A stretch of 64,000 nucleotides of DNA, from contig CAWFXA010000002.1 of the NCBI GenBank assembly GCA_963819655.1, forward strand, positions 1,408,001 to 1,472,000, read 5' to 3'. A program made the position numbers and the translations under genes. The notes beneath the pieces are model-generated. The model worked only from the letters and a program-made list of their open reading frames with translations, searched no databases and had not been told where the DNA came from. Origin of the DNA: an uncultured Chloroflexia bacterium (GTDB lineage: Bacteria > Chloroflexota > Limnocylindria > Limnocylindrales > CSP1-4). Shown here piece by piece: positions 39,172 to 49,561 of the stretch. Positions within the stretch are counted from its first letter, which is position 1. Every line of letters starts with the position of its first letter.

Positions 39172-40659
39172 CTACGCTTGGCCCGGCGCCTCATCGACCA
39201 TCGCCTCCTTGACCCTCCCGAGCGCCTCCCGTCGCTGGAAGTACAGGTACAGGCCGATGGCCAGGCCGGCGATCATCCAGATCGCGACAAGCGGTGGCAC
39301 CAACGAGTACGGCTCGGCGAGTGCCGCAAGCTCCAGGTCGATGAGCGGGATCGTGACCCCGCCCAGGACGCCGAAGAACGCCGGGATCATCGCGATGACC
39401 CCGAGGATAGGCACGACCACGTGCTTGATCGCGTTGAACTCGGCTCGACCCTCCCCAAGGTAGTAGCCGATGGCGGCCAGGTTGACGGCGATGTACATCC
39501 CGGCGAACAGCAGACCGAGCGCGTATCCGAGCCAGAAGTACGTGTTGAGGGGGCCAGGCGTGTCCGGATACGCCGAGCCGAGCCACAGGCTGAGGCCGAC
39601 CGCGACGACGATGCCCAGGATGGCCTGGAAATGCACCGCATTGACCGGCGTCCGATAGGTCGGGTGAACGGCCGCGAACGCCGCGGGGATAAGACGCGAC
39701 CGACCTAGCGAGAAGATCGCTCGAGTCGATGCGTTGGCGCCGGAGTTGGCGTTGGCGAGACAGCTGTTGAGGATCGCGAAGATGACGAGCAGGCTGCCGA
39801 TCCCGGGGAGGACCTGTTCGGCCATGCCGCCCCACGGGTTGCCATCATTGGCGCCGATGAACTCGGTCATGTTGCCTGGGCCGAAAAACACCGTCGCGGC
39901 GTAGTAGCAGAACACGTAGAACAGCCCGATGAGGATGGCCGACCAGAGCACGGCCTGACGGATCGTCCGCTTCGGGTCACGCGTCTCCTCGGCCAGCGGC
40001 ACGGCGGCCTCGAACCCGACGAACGCGAGGAGACAGAAGACCATCCCCTGGAGCGCCGGCCGAAGGCCCTCGTCGCCAGGGATGAAGACCGACAGCGTGT
40101 TGTTGGCTCCGGCATTGATGATGAGAAGGACGGAGACCAGCAGGAAGATGCCGATTTCGATGAGCCCGAGCACGACACCGGTCCGTGTCGAGATAGAGAT
40201 GCCGCGGTACGTCAGGAACCAGACGATCGCGGCGCACAGGAGCGCCAAGGGCAGCCAGAGCAGATCGTTCGAGATGCCGAAGAGCTGATCCAGCAAAGCC
40301 GCGCCGTAGAACCCGAATGCCGCGAACAGCACGGGCGGCACGATCGTCTCCGCCAGGAGGAATGCCCATGCCATGAGCCAGCCCGCGAACGACCCGAGGC
40401 CACGCCCCACGTACGTGAACATGCCACCGGCCGATGGCAGGTGTCGCGCGAGCTCGGCCATGGAATAGGCCGTGAGCAATACCGCGATGAGCGCGATCAC
40501 CACCGCGAGCGGGGTCAGCCCGCCAGCCAGGCTCGTCGCGAAGCCGATAGATAGTGCGACGGCGACCGCCGGCGCCATGTGCGTGATGGACTGGAACAGG
40601 ACCTCGGTCAGCCCGATCGCGTTGCGCTCAAGGCCAGGACCGGACGTGGTCGACGCCAT
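39172..40659 (-). CDS. APC family amino acid/amine permease
   Basis: About 12 TMs; MAPA, PSAGG, AFVGFE, AEETRDP motifs. Confidence 0.9.
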   Translation of the reverse strand: MASTTSGPGLERNAIGLTEVLFQSITHMAPAVAVALSIGFATSLAGGLTPLAVVIALIAVLLTAYSMAELARHLPSAGGMFTYVGRGLGSFAGWLMAWAFLLAETIVPPVLFAAFGFYGAALLDQLFGISNDLLWLPLALLCAAIVWFLTYRGISISTRTGVVLGLIEIGIFLLVSVLLIINAGANNTLSVFIPGDEGLRPALQGMVFCLLAFVGFEAAVPLAEETRDPKRTIRQAVLWSAILIGLFYVFCYYAATVFFGPGNMTEFIGANDGNPWGGMAEQVLPGIGSLLVIFAILNSCLANANSGANASTRAIFSLGRSRLIPAAFAAVHPTYRTPVNAVHFQAILGIVVAVGLSLWLGSAYPDTPGPLNTYFWLGYALGLLFAGMYIAVNLAAIGYYLGEGRAEFNAIKHVVVPILGVIAMIPAFFGVLGGVTIPLIDLELAALAEPYSLVPPLVAIWMIAGLAIGLYLYFQRREALGRVKEAMVDEAPGQA

Positions 40660-40727
40660 AGAGACCTCCTCTCCCTCGGCCCCCCTGGTGAACCCCCTCC
40701 GGGCGCCCGCTACTATGCCGCCACGCT

Positions 40728-42137
40728 ATGCAGACGGCAATGGCAATTGCACAATCGCGCGACCTGCACGAGATGGCCGCTGCGACCACGGCCCGGCTGA
40801 CGGAACTCGGCGCCGACGCGCTGTGGGTCGTGTACCACGACTACGCCGGCCTCGGCCGCGCGAAGGCAGTCCCGCGCGGCCGTTTCGACGAGGTCGCCCG
40901 GGAGGGCGTCACGTTCGCGATGGCGAACTGGGACCTCGCGATCACCGACGAACAGGTGCCGCATCCCGTCTTCGGCGCCGACTCGGGCGACTTCCGGGCC
41001 GTTCCGGATCCCGACACGCTCGTTGCCGTGCCGCATCGGCCGGGCGTGGCGCAGGCCTTCCCGTGGCTGACTGACGACACCGGCCGGCGATGGGAGGGCG
41101 ATCCGCGGGCGGCGCTGGCGACACAGGTCGAGCGCCTGACGCGGATCGGTATCGCCGTGCGCGTTGCGTTCGAGGCCGAGTTCGTGATCGTGCCCGGGTC
41201 CGACGCGGCGGCCCTGCGCGACGACACGAGCCGCATGTTCACCGTCGAAGGGCTCGATGCCCGGTGGCCGCTGGCGGCGCGGATCCTCGACAACCTCGAT
41301 GCGACCGGCGTCGCGGTCCATCAGTTCGCGAAGGAGTACGGCCCGGGCCAGTTCGAGGCCAGCCTCTTGCCGGCCGCGCCGCTCGTCGCGGTCGACCGCT
41401 TCCTCCTCGCACGGCAGCTCATCCGGGCGGCCGCCCGTGATCTGGGTGCCACGGCCTCGTTCATGCCGAAACCGTTCGACGACCTGCCCGGGAACGGGCT
41501 GCATGTGCATCTCGGCCTGTCGCGCGCCGACGATCCGGCCGTCGACCTCATCGCTGACCCTGACGACCCGGACCGGGTCGCCCCGACCGCCGGTCCGCCG
41601 ATCGCCGGCCTGCTCGCCCACGCAGCCGGTCAGACGGCGCTGGCGTCACCGACCCCGAACTCCTCCAAGCGCCTGCTGCCCGGATCGTGGGCGCCGGCTC
41701 ACGTGTGCTGGGCGATCGGCAACAGGTCGGCGCTCGTCCGCGTGCCGGGGCGAGGCGCGGGGCGGCACCTCGAGGTCCGCAGCGGTGACGCGTCGATGAA
41801 CCCGTACATCCACCTGACCGGCCTGCTCGCATCGATCGCCGACGGTGTCGAGCGAGACTTGCCCTTGCCCGCCGAGGCGCGGGTCGATGTCGGGCACCTC
41901 GCCGACGACGAGGCGGCCGCCGCCGGATTCCCGCGGCTTCCCGCCGACCTCGTCGCCGCAGTCGATGCCTTCGAGGCCGACGAGGTGTTGCGCGACGCGG
42001 TCGGGCCTGTGATCGCGCTGCACTATGTCGATGTGAAACGGTTCGAATGGGATCTCTATCGCGAGCGATCGGGCCTGGCCGCGGGCTCGACCGAGGTGTC
42101 CGACTGGGAGCGTCGGACGTACTTCGAATGTCTGTAG
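40728..42137 (+). CDS. Glutamine synthetase-like gamma-glutamyl ligase (PuuA/GlnA2-4-like)
   Basis: FEAEF, EYGPGQFE, FMPKP, GNGLHVH, NSSKRL..GSWAP, NRSALVRVP, LEVR. Confidence 0.85.
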   Translation: MQTAMAIAQSRDLHEMAAATTARLTELGADALWVVYHDYAGLGRAKAVPRGRFDEVAREGVTFAMANWDLAITDEQVPHPVFGADSGDFRAVPDPDTLVAVPHRPGVAQAFPWLTDDTGRRWEGDPRAALATQVERLTRIGIAVRVAFEAEFVIVPGSDAAALRDDTSRMFTVEGLDARWPLAARILDNLDATGVAVHQFAKEYGPGQFEASLLPAAPLVAVDRFLLARQLIRAAARDLGATASFMPKPFDDLPGNGLHVHLGLSRADDPAVDLIADPDDPDRVAPTAGPPIAGLLAHAAGQTALASPTPNSSKRLLPGSWAPAHVCWAIGNRSALVRVPGRGAGRHLEVRSGDASMNPYIHLTGLLASIADGVERDLPLPAEARVDVGHLADDEAAAAGFPRLPADLVAAVDAFEADEVLRDAVGPVIALHYVDVKRFEWDLYRERSGLAAGSTEVSDWERRTYFECL

Positions 42138-43132
42138 CGCCTCCGTTCGCCGTCGACTCTCGGCGTGAGGTCCCGGGCGGGCAGCCCGCCCATCGGGTCA
42201 TCGAGGCGATCTTCCCCAACACCGACATCGCGTACGTCGAGGAGTGGTCGTCGATCGCCGACGTCTTCGATCGACTCGAGGATCAGCGGCCGGCCACGTG
42301 CGGAGCGTACGCGACTCGCTATCTGCTGGGCCCGCTGGGATATCCGCAGAGCGACGGAATCGACACCACGCGCGAGGACTACCTCGCCTATCTCGCGGGG
42401 ACCGTGATCGAGCGGGAGGAGCTCGACGACGTCCGCCGCACGACGACGGCCGCCACCGAGGCCGGACTGTCCGACGCCGAGGCGATCGAGCAGTTCCCGC
42501 GGACGTGGTACGGCTGGCCACTCCGTTCGTCCGACGACGACGCGATCACCGGCACGAGCCCGACCGGCGTCGCGCGCGCGATCGCCGTCGGCTCGGGCGG
42601 TGCGCTCGTCACCGTGCCGGTGCCGTCTCGTGACCGCGATGGCGCCGTGCTGCTGGACCACGAACGCTTCGATGCGCTCCTCGACATGATCGAGTCGCAC
42701 ATCGGCTCCTGGCGGATCCATCCGATCGCGAACCTCGAGGTCGACCAGCTCCTGGACGCGACGAGCGACGCCTATTCGCCCGACGTCATCGCGGGCCCGG
42801 ATCCGGAGGCGACGATCCCGCGTGAACGCTGGGGCGTCGGCCATTTCGTCGGGATCGGTGCCTTCTGGCGGGGAGGGGACGGCCGCCGCTGGACCCTGCT
42901 GCTCGATACGTTCAAGGCACGTGGGTTCGCCGGCTATGTCCCGATGCCGGCCGAGCCGCTCAGGCGCGCCCTGGTGCGCGAGGATGGCCGTACGGGAGGC
43001 CTGCTGCTGGTCCTGCCGCGAGGGTCGCTTGACGATGCTGCAGCGGCGGTCGCTGCCCTCGGCCTGGAGATCAGGATGTGGGGCAACGGCAGCCTCGAGC
43101 CTGAGGGCTGGACCTGGGAGCTCGGCCGCTAA
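42128..43132 (+). CDS. Hypothetical papain-like fold protein (resembles DUF6885, from memory)
   Basis: Q..ATCG, GTSP, WGVGHFV and LLDTF give a Cys-His-Asp order; overlaps the GS-like stop. Confidence 0.6.
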   Translation: MSVAPPFAVDSRREVPGGQPAHRVIEAIFPNTDIAYVEEWSSIADVFDRLEDQRPATCGAYATRYLLGPLGYPQSDGIDTTREDYLAYLAGTVIEREELDDVRRTTTAATEAGLSDAEAIEQFPRTWYGWPLRSSDDDAITGTSPTGVARAIAVGSGGALVTVPVPSRDRDGAVLLDHERFDALLDMIESHIGSWRIHPIANLEVDQLLDATSDAYSPDVIAGPDPEATIPRERWGVGHFVGIGAFWRGGDGRRWTLLLDTFKARGFAGYVPMPAEPLRRALVREDGRTGGLLLVLPRGSLDDAAAAVAALGLEIRMWGNGSLEPEGWTWELGR

Positions 43133-43199
43133 CGACCGGAGTCGGGCGTTTTGGGCGCGTCGAACCTCGTCGGGCAGCGACTTCGTGTCCAGCCGGGAT

Positions 43200-43655
43200 C
43201 TATGTGCCTGCCAGTATCGGACAGAGCGGCTCCAGGTGGCCACGAAGCTCGCCGGTAACCAGATTCACACGCCCGGAAAAGTCATTCAGGCCAGGTTCGA
43301 ACCCGACCGGTCCTCCGACGCGACCCGAGGCGTATGACTCACCTGTCGCGAGGAACGTGTGGAACGGCCCGGAGATCTTGATCGTGACCGTCACGCCGTT
43401 CGCGGGATTCGTCATCGTGGCGACGAGTCTCCCCGTGATGATCTGCTTGACCGGCTCCCCAGCGCTGTCGAAGAAGGTCGTGATGAACTCTTGCTGCACC
43501 GGGAACGTCACGAGGACGAGGAAGCCGCAGCTCGTGTCCTCGATGAGATCGGGTAAGACGAACGGCTCGCGCACCGGCTCCTTCGCTAGGGCGGGGGTCG
43601 CCATCGTCAGAACCGTCACGAGGCACAACGTCGCAGAGAGCCAGAGGCGTCGCAT
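43200..43655 (-). CDS. Hypothetical secreted protein
   Basis: AAGGAGG RBS, signal peptide ending ALA, paired Cys (SCGF...LCPIL). Confidence 0.7.
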   Translation of the reverse strand: MRRLWLSATLCLVTVLTMATPALAKEPVREPFVLPDLIEDTSCGFLVLVTFPVQQEFITTFFDSAGEPVKQIITGRLVATMTNPANGVTVTIKISGPFHTFLATGESYASGRVGGPVGFEPGLNDFSGRVNLVTGELRGHLEPLCPILAGT

Positions 43656-43829
43656 CGCAAGTCCTCCTTGGTCGGGTCGACCTGTGCGCCCCACAACGGC
43701 CGAGGCAACCCGGACATCGACCGCTGCAGCGAGCCCCCGATGCGATGCCAGCATATGCCGCCCTAGTCAGGGGGCAAGCCCTCCGGTGCCGATCGTCAAC
43801 AGAGGCGCGATGCCGGTCACACAGGAGGC

Positions 43830-43906
43830 TGGGGTGGCCTATGGGGCTCGAACCCATAACCTTCGGAGCCACAATCCGATGCTCTGCCGATTGAGCTAAG
43901 GCCACC
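43830..43906 (-). tRNA. tRNA-His(GTG)
   Basis: GGTGGCCTTAGCTCAATCGGCAGAGCATCGGATTGTGGCTCCGAAGGTTATGGGTTCGAGCCCCATAGGCCACCCCA; cloverleaf with encoded G-1 and CCA. Confidence 0.97.
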
Positions 43907-44018
43907 ACGTTGCCCGGGGCTACGGCGCCGATCTGCGCCATCGGGCCACGGGGCGAACGGGAGTGTATCGGAAACGACGGCGGCCTTGGGAAGACCGCCA
44001 TCGTTGGGGCGGATCCGG

Positions 44019-44918
44019 CTACTCGAACCGGATCGAGTCGATGATCTGTTGGATCTCCTGGTCGAGCTCGGGGCCGGCGCCCTTGAACGTGATGCCGTCG
44101 ATCCAGATGAGTCTTCCATCCACGTCGACGATCCAGACGCGGAACGTCGCGCCGAGCGCCTGAGCCCACCGCCAACCGCCGCTCGCTCCTCCGGTGCTCT
44201 CGTCGTACCAGACGTAGAACTCCTTGGGGTCGCAGTCGATGTCCTCGCGGATCGTGAACACCACGTGCTGCGCGGGTCGCCCGTCAACCATGACGCTCGA
44301 CGGCCCAGCGACAAGGTCGGTCCCGGGGATCGTCGCCACGGCGGCGGCGAGACCCGCCGCTGAGGCAGCCGGCGACGGGTTCAGGGGTGTGTGAGCGCAC
44401 GGATCGGCGTAGACGTTCTCCGGGGCACTCGGCCAGAAGATGATCACGGAGGAGCCGGGCTGCTCGATCTCGCCCTTGACGATCTCGTTGCCGTCGCTCG
44501 TCCATCCCGATGTTGGAACGCTGAACGAAAGCGGAACGCCCTCGCGGACGGCGGTATGCGTGCCAATCGCAACCGGGCCCGGCGGAGGAAAGTCGGCCGT
44601 CGAGGGCTCGGGGGTGGCGGACGGTGATGGCGTCGGTGACGCCGAGGGCGAAGCCGAGGGCGACGACACCCCCACCCCACCGGTCCCTGGCAACAGATTG
44701 ATACCAACGACCGCGACGACCACCACGGCGGCGGCCGCGATCGCGAACTTGGCAAAGGAATTCATGTCGGCGATCCTCCGCGCCGGCCACCAGGCACGGC
44801 GCTGTGGGGTCGCGTCCAGCAGGCCGAGGACGTTCTCGAGGACCCGGTCCGCGCGTTCGTGCTCGTCCGTGCGCAGCCACGACCGGACGATGCGCGTCGT
44901 GTCGAGATCGCTGCTCAT
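44019..44918 (-). CDS. Putative single-pass anti-sigma factor with extracytoplasmic domain
   Basis: Overlaps the ECF stop; short cytoplasmic N-terminus, TM, Ser/Pro linker, C-terminal domain with two Cys. Confidence 0.65.
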   Translation of the reverse strand: MSSDLDTTRIVRSWLRTDEHERADRVLENVLGLLDATPQRRAWWPARRIADMNSFAKFAIAAAAVVVVAVVGINLLPGTGGVGVSSPSASPSASPTPSPSATPEPSTADFPPPGPVAIGTHTAVREGVPLSFSVPTSGWTSDGNEIVKGEIEQPGSSVIIFWPSAPENVYADPCAHTPLNPSPAASAAGLAAAVATIPGTDLVAGPSSVMVDGRPAQHVVFTIREDIDCDPKEFYVWYDESTGGASGGWRWAQALGATFRVWIVDVDGRLIWIDGITFKGAGPELDQEIQQIIDSIRFE

Positions 44919-45463
44919 CGGGCAACTCCCCGCATCGGCGGTCGCGCATCGGCGTCGAGCGCCGCGCGCAACCCGCGCATCGCGTGATGAAGTCGAGAGT
45001 GGGCCGTCCCGACCGGGATGCCGAGGACGTCGGCTACCCGGTCGAGCGGCAGGTCGAGGTAGTGGTGCAGGACCACCACCGCGCGGTGATCGATGGAGAG
45101 CCGGCTGAAACCACGGTCGAGCTGTTCGCGATCCACGACCGAGCTCAGGTCGCGATCCGTCACGGGCTCGTCCGCCGGCAACAGCCGAAGGTTGGGCGCC
45201 CAGCGTCGCTCCTTCCGGCCCTCGGCATAGCAGGCGCGCACGAGGAGCCGGTACGACCAGGCCTCGAAGCGAGCCGGGTCGCGGAGCTGCGGGAGGTCCT
45301 GCCAGATGGCGAGCAGCGCCTGCTGCGTCGCGTCCTCGGCGAGGTCGATGTCGCGCAGGATCCTGCGCGCCACGGCAAGGAACCGATCGGCGATCTCGGT
45401 GGCGAGGACGGCGTATGCCTCCTTATCACCGTGCTGGGATCGGATCACGAGATCGGTATCCAT
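44915..45463 (-). CDS. ECF RNA polymerase sigma-70 factor
   Basis: Region 2 DLAEDATQ...FEAWSYR; region 4 VADVLGIPVGTAHSRLH. Confidence 0.92.
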   Translation of the reverse strand: MDTDLVIRSQHGDKEAYAVLATEIADRFLAVARRILRDIDLAEDATQQALLAIWQDLPQLRDPARFEAWSYRLLVRACYAEGRKERRWAPNLRLLPADEPVTDRDLSSVVDREQLDRGFSRLSIDHRAVVVLHHYLDLPLDRVADVLGIPVGTAHSRLHHAMRGLRAALDADARPPMRGVAR

Positions 45464-45530
45464 GCCCTTCCGCCTGACGACATCGCTCCGGTGCGATGTC
45501 GATCACACGGTATGGGTCCGTCGAGCGGCT

Positions 45531-45545
45531 GGAATTGTCAATTCC
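45531..45545. promoter_or_regulatory. Palindrome between divergent ECF sigma and ppk2
   Basis: GGAATTG-T-CAATTCC, AT-rich; contains TTGACA on the minus strand. Confidence 0.45.
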
Positions 45546-45606
45546 TGCGGTGGGCAGGTGTAGAGTGCGGCTCCCTCGTCCCAACAACACACTGCGAGGT
45601 GGTCCG

Positions 45607-46548
45607 ATGGCAAGGAAGCCGACGTCGAGCGATGTCGCGCGGACGACCGACCGACCGACGAAACGCTCTCAGCGACACGACGACCGGACGAACGGCACGC
45701 ACGCTGGGCGGCGGAGGAAGGTCCCAGCTTTGTCGGCGGCCGCAAGCCCAGATGTCGCAGTCGTCCCGAAGGCGCCGCTCTCCAACAAGGTCTATCTCCA
45801 GGAGCTCGCCAACCTCCAGATCGAGCTCGTGAAGCTCCAGGAATGGATTCGCTCCGCCGGCCTGAAGATCGTGGTGATCTTCGAGGGTCGTGATGCCGCC
45901 GGGAAGGGTGGGGCCATCAAGCGGGTCACCGAAAGCCTGAGTCCGCGGATCGCGCGCGTCGTGGCACTCCCGGCACCGACCGAACGTGAGCGGACGCAGT
46001 GGTATTTCCAGCGCTACATCGCTCACCTGCCCGCGGCCGGCGAGATGGTCATGTTCGACCGTTCCTGGTACAACCGCGCCGGCGTGGAGCGGGTCATGGG
46101 GTTCTGCACGGAACGCGAATACCGCGAGTTCATGCGGTCGACTCCGGAGTTCGAGCGGATGCTGGTCCGCTCGGGGATCAAGTTGATCAAGTACTGGTTC
46201 TCGGTCAGCGACGCTGAGCAGGAGCGGCGTTTCCGACGTCGGATCGAGGACCCCACCAGGCGCTGGAAGCTGAGTCCTATGGACCTCAAGTCGCGCTCGA
46301 AGTGGGTGGAGTACTCGCGCGCGAAGGACGAGATGTTCCGCTACACGGACATCGCACAGGCGCCCTGGTTCGTCGTCGACTCGGACGACAAGAAGCGGGC
46401 GCGCCTCAACGTGATCAGCCACCTGCTGAGCCAGATCCCCTACAAGGACCTCACGCCAGCGCCGATCAAGCTGCCACGGCGCCAGAAGGACGACAGCTAC
46501 GTCCGACCGCCCATGGCCGATCAGAACTTCGTCCCGACGCGGTATTAG
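45607..46548 (+). CDS. ppk2: Polyphosphate kinase 2 (class I)
   Basis: FEGRDAAGKGG, WYFQRY, FDRSWYNR, WKLSPMD. Confidence 0.95.
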   Translation: MARKPTSSDVARTTDRPTKRSQRHDDRTNGTHAGRRRKVPALSAAASPDVAVVPKAPLSNKVYLQELANLQIELVKLQEWIRSAGLKIVVIFEGRDAAGKGGAIKRVTESLSPRIARVVALPAPTERERTQWYFQRYIAHLPAAGEMVMFDRSWYNRAGVERVMGFCTEREYREFMRSTPEFERMLVRSGIKLIKYWFSVSDAEQERRFRRRIEDPTRRWKLSPMDLKSRSKWVEYSRAKDEMFRYTDIAQAPWFVVDSDDKKRARLNVISHLLSQIPYKDLTPAPIKLPRRQKDDSYVRPPMADQNFVPTRY

Positions 46549-46577
46549 CGCGTTCGGTCAGTCGCGCAGCAACGAGA

Positions 46578-46609
46578 AGGCCGCGCCCGGCGGGCGCGGC
46601 CTCCCTTTT
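46578..46609 (+). terminator. Intrinsic terminator after ppk2
   Basis: AGGCCGCGCCC-GGC-GGGCGCGGCCT followed by CCCTTTT. Confidence 0.7.
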
Positions 46610-46640
46610 GTCCTGGTTCGGCGGCGTGTAGCCGCCCGGG

Positions 46641-47750
46641 TCAGTCGGGCTGCTCTCGCTCCGAGCCGGCGTGCGTCGGAGCGGTCCAGGGAGCGACGGA
46701 CCGCAGCAGGCGGACCGCGGCGCTCGTATGGTCCATCGACGCTGCGGCCGCGACCGGCTCGGGCTCCTGCGCGGGCTCGGTTGCCGGCCAGGCCTGGTTG
46801 GCGGCCGCCGCCGGGTCCATCACCGGGACCGGTTCCGCGGTCGGGGACTCGGCAGACTCCTCGGTGGCAGCAGACGACGTCGTTTCGGTGACCGGCGCCT
46901 CGATCTCGGTCATGGCTTCTGACTCGCCTGAGCCGTTCGTGGCGTCGACATCGGTCGTCGGGGCCACGAACTCGGCGACCTCGGGCGACTCGCCGTCGGC
47001 CGCGGCTGCACCGGCGACGATCTCGTCCGCGGGCGTGTCCGCGTCACCTGCGGCGATCGATTCGGCGACCGCGTCGGTTGCGGCGACTGCGTCGGAGCCG
47101 ACGTCGGTGACTGGCTCGGGCTCGGCGAACATCGCGACTGCGCTCGCGCGTGCCTTGGCGCGCACCTGGTCGAGGTCGGGCGGTGCCGGCAGCGCCTCGG
47201 CGCGTGCCACGATCGTCGCAGGATCGCCTGCCTCGGAGAGCTCGGCGAAGAAGGTGTCGAGCGTCTCGCCGTAACCCTTGACGGCCGCGTCGACGCCTTC
47301 GATCTCGGTATCGATGATCGCGTCGTGCTGGCCCAGGTACTCATCGAGGCTTGCCCGCCGATCTTCGATCTTCTGATCGGCTTCAGCGCGGATGCGGTCC
47401 ATCTCGCCGGCAGACCATTCCTCGACGTGCTGGACGTCCTCCTCGGCCAGTCGGCGGAGCTCTTCGGTCTCGATCGCGGCGCGCGACCTGACCTTTTCGA
47501 TGTGGACCGCGGCGTCCTCGGCGACGCGTGCCGCGATGGTCTCCCGCTCGCGCTCGGCGGTCGCGCGCATCGCGCTGGCGAGCTCAGACAGGAAGCCGGG
47601 TCGCAACCCGCCGCTGTCTGACCCCTGCTTTGGCTGGTCGGCGGTCGGCGGATCGGCCCCGGTCACCCCGGGCGATTCCGTCGTCCCGACCACCGACGTG
47701 CCATTGACATGGCCCGCTTCCGGGAAGATGGGATCGTCGTTCTGGTCCAT
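46641..47750 (-). CDS. Hypothetical acidic coiled-coil protein, paralogue 1
   Basis: FLSELASAMRATAERERE coiled coil, acidic linker, C-terminal AVRLLRSVAPWT. Confidence 0.75.
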   Translation of the reverse strand: MDQNDDPIFPEAGHVNGTSVVGTTESPGVTGADPPTADQPKQGSDSGGLRPGFLSELASAMRATAERERETIAARVAEDAAVHIEKVRSRAAIETEELRRLAEEDVQHVEEWSAGEMDRIRAEADQKIEDRRASLDEYLGQHDAIIDTEIEGVDAAVKGYGETLDTFFAELSEAGDPATIVARAEALPAPPDLDQVRAKARASAVAMFAEPEPVTDVGSDAVAATDAVAESIAAGDADTPADEIVAGAAAADGESPEVAEFVAPTTDVDATNGSGESEAMTEIEAPVTETTSSAATEESAESPTAEPVPVMDPAAAANQAWPATEPAQEPEPVAAAASMDHTSAAVRLLRSVAPWTAPTHAGSEREQPD

Positions 47751-47887
47751 TCGTCCTGCCTCGCTGGGCGCACGACCGTACCAAGTCGTCAACGGTTTTG
47801 GCAACACCCTACCGGTCTTGTGGCGTCTGGTGTGGTGCAGCGGGGAACCGCCCACCCCCTCGATCCGGCCCGTGACATCATGCCGAC

Positions 47888-49542
47888 ATGGCCCTGAGCG
47901 AACGGGCGGGTAAGCCCGCCGACCCGTCGATCCTCGTCGATGTCGACGCCCTGCTGGCTGCCTATCACGACCGCCGACCCGACCCGTCCGAACCGGCCCA
48001 ACGGGTGGCGTTCGGGACGTCGGGCCATCGCGGCTCGTCGTTGCGCAACGCGTTCAACGAGGCCCACATCCTGGCGACGACCGAGGCGATCTGCCGCTAC
48101 CGCGTGCAGCGCGGCTATGGCGGGTCGTTGTTCATCGGCCGCGACACCCACGCACTGTCCGAACCGGCGACGGCCACCGCCCTCAGCGTGCTCGTCGCAC
48201 GCGGGGTCGATGCCTGCGTCGACGCGGCCGATGGATTCACCCCGACCCCGGCCGTCTCGCACGCCATCCTCGTTGCCAACCGGCCCACGGACAGCTGGCG
48301 CCACCTGGCCGACGGGATCGTCGTGACGCCGTCGCACAACCCACCGGACGACGGTGGGTTCAAGTACAACCCGCCCAACGGCGGTCCCGCCGACACCGAC
48401 GTCACGGGCTGGATCCAGGACGAGGCCAACCGCATCCTCGAGGGGTCCGGTGCCGATGGCGTCGACGGCGTTCCCCGGGCGACCGCCGCCGAGGTCCGTG
48501 ACGGCGTCACGCGGTACGACTTTCTCGGTCGCTACGTCGACGACCTGGCCAGCGTGATCGACATGGATGCCATCCGCGATTCCGGCCTGCGGATCGGTGT
48601 CGACCCGATGGGCGGCGCCTCGGTCGCGTACTGGGGCGCAATCCGCGACCGCTTCGGACTGGACCTGACGGTGACGAACGAAGCCGTCGATCCGCAGTTC
48701 GGTTTCATGACCGTCGACTGGGACGGCAAGATCCGGATGGACCCATCGTCGCCGTACGCGATGGCCCGACTGGTCGGCCTCCGCGACAGGTTCGACATCG
48801 CCCTCGGCAACGACGCCGACGCCGATCGCCACGGCGTCGTCACCCCCGGACGCGGCCTCCTGAACCCGAACCATGTCCTGTCGGCCGCGATCTCGTACCT
48901 GTTCGGCGGGGCGCGCCAGTGGGGGAGCGATGTCGGTGTCGGGAAGACGCTCGTCTCGTCCTCGATGATCGATCGCGTCGTCGCCGACCTGGGTCGCCGG
49001 CTGTACGAGGTGCCGGTCGGATTCAAGTGGTTCGTCGACGGGCTGGTCGACGGAACGATCGGCTTCGGCGGCGAGGAGAGTGCCGGAGCCTCGTTCCTCC
49101 GCCGCGACGGCACGGTGTGGACGACCGACAAGGACGGGATCATCGCCGACCTGCTGGCTGCGAGCTGACCGCCCGGCTGGGTCACGACGTGGGCGAGGCA
49201 TATGCCGGGTTGACCGAGCGCTTCGGCGCGCCGGTCTATCGACGCATCGACGCGCCGGCGACGCCCGAGCAGAAGGCCGCCCTCGCGAAGCTCTCGCCGG
49301 CCGACGTCGGCGCGACCGACCTCGCCGGTGACCCGATCGTCGCGATCCTGACCAAAGCGCCGGGCAACGGCGCCCCGATCGGTGGTCTCAAGGTCACGAC
49401 CGAGTTCGGCTGGTTCGCGGCGCGGCCGTCGGGCACCGAGAACGTGACCAAGGTGTACGCCGAGAGCTTCCGCGACGAGGACCATCTGGGGCGGCTGATC
49501 GAAGAGGCGCAGGCGCTGGTGGCGGCCGCGTCGGGCTCGTGA
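47888..49542 (+). CDS. pgm: Phosphoglucomutase, -1 frameshift near 49162
   Basis: [28 protein letters not shown]; the C-terminus (RPSGTE...KVYAES) is in another frame after LLAA. Confidence 0.93.
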
Positions 49543-49561
49543 CGCGGGGGGCCGGCCGCCC

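Noticed and set aside
43133-43906. Integrative element at tRNA-His
   Set aside because: No integrase and no duplicated tRNA 3' end found; only one small secreted-protein gene lies downstream.
49140-49180. Programmed frameshifting in pgm and the other split genes
   Set aside because: No slippery heptamer and no precedent known to me for these families; sequencing indels are simpler.
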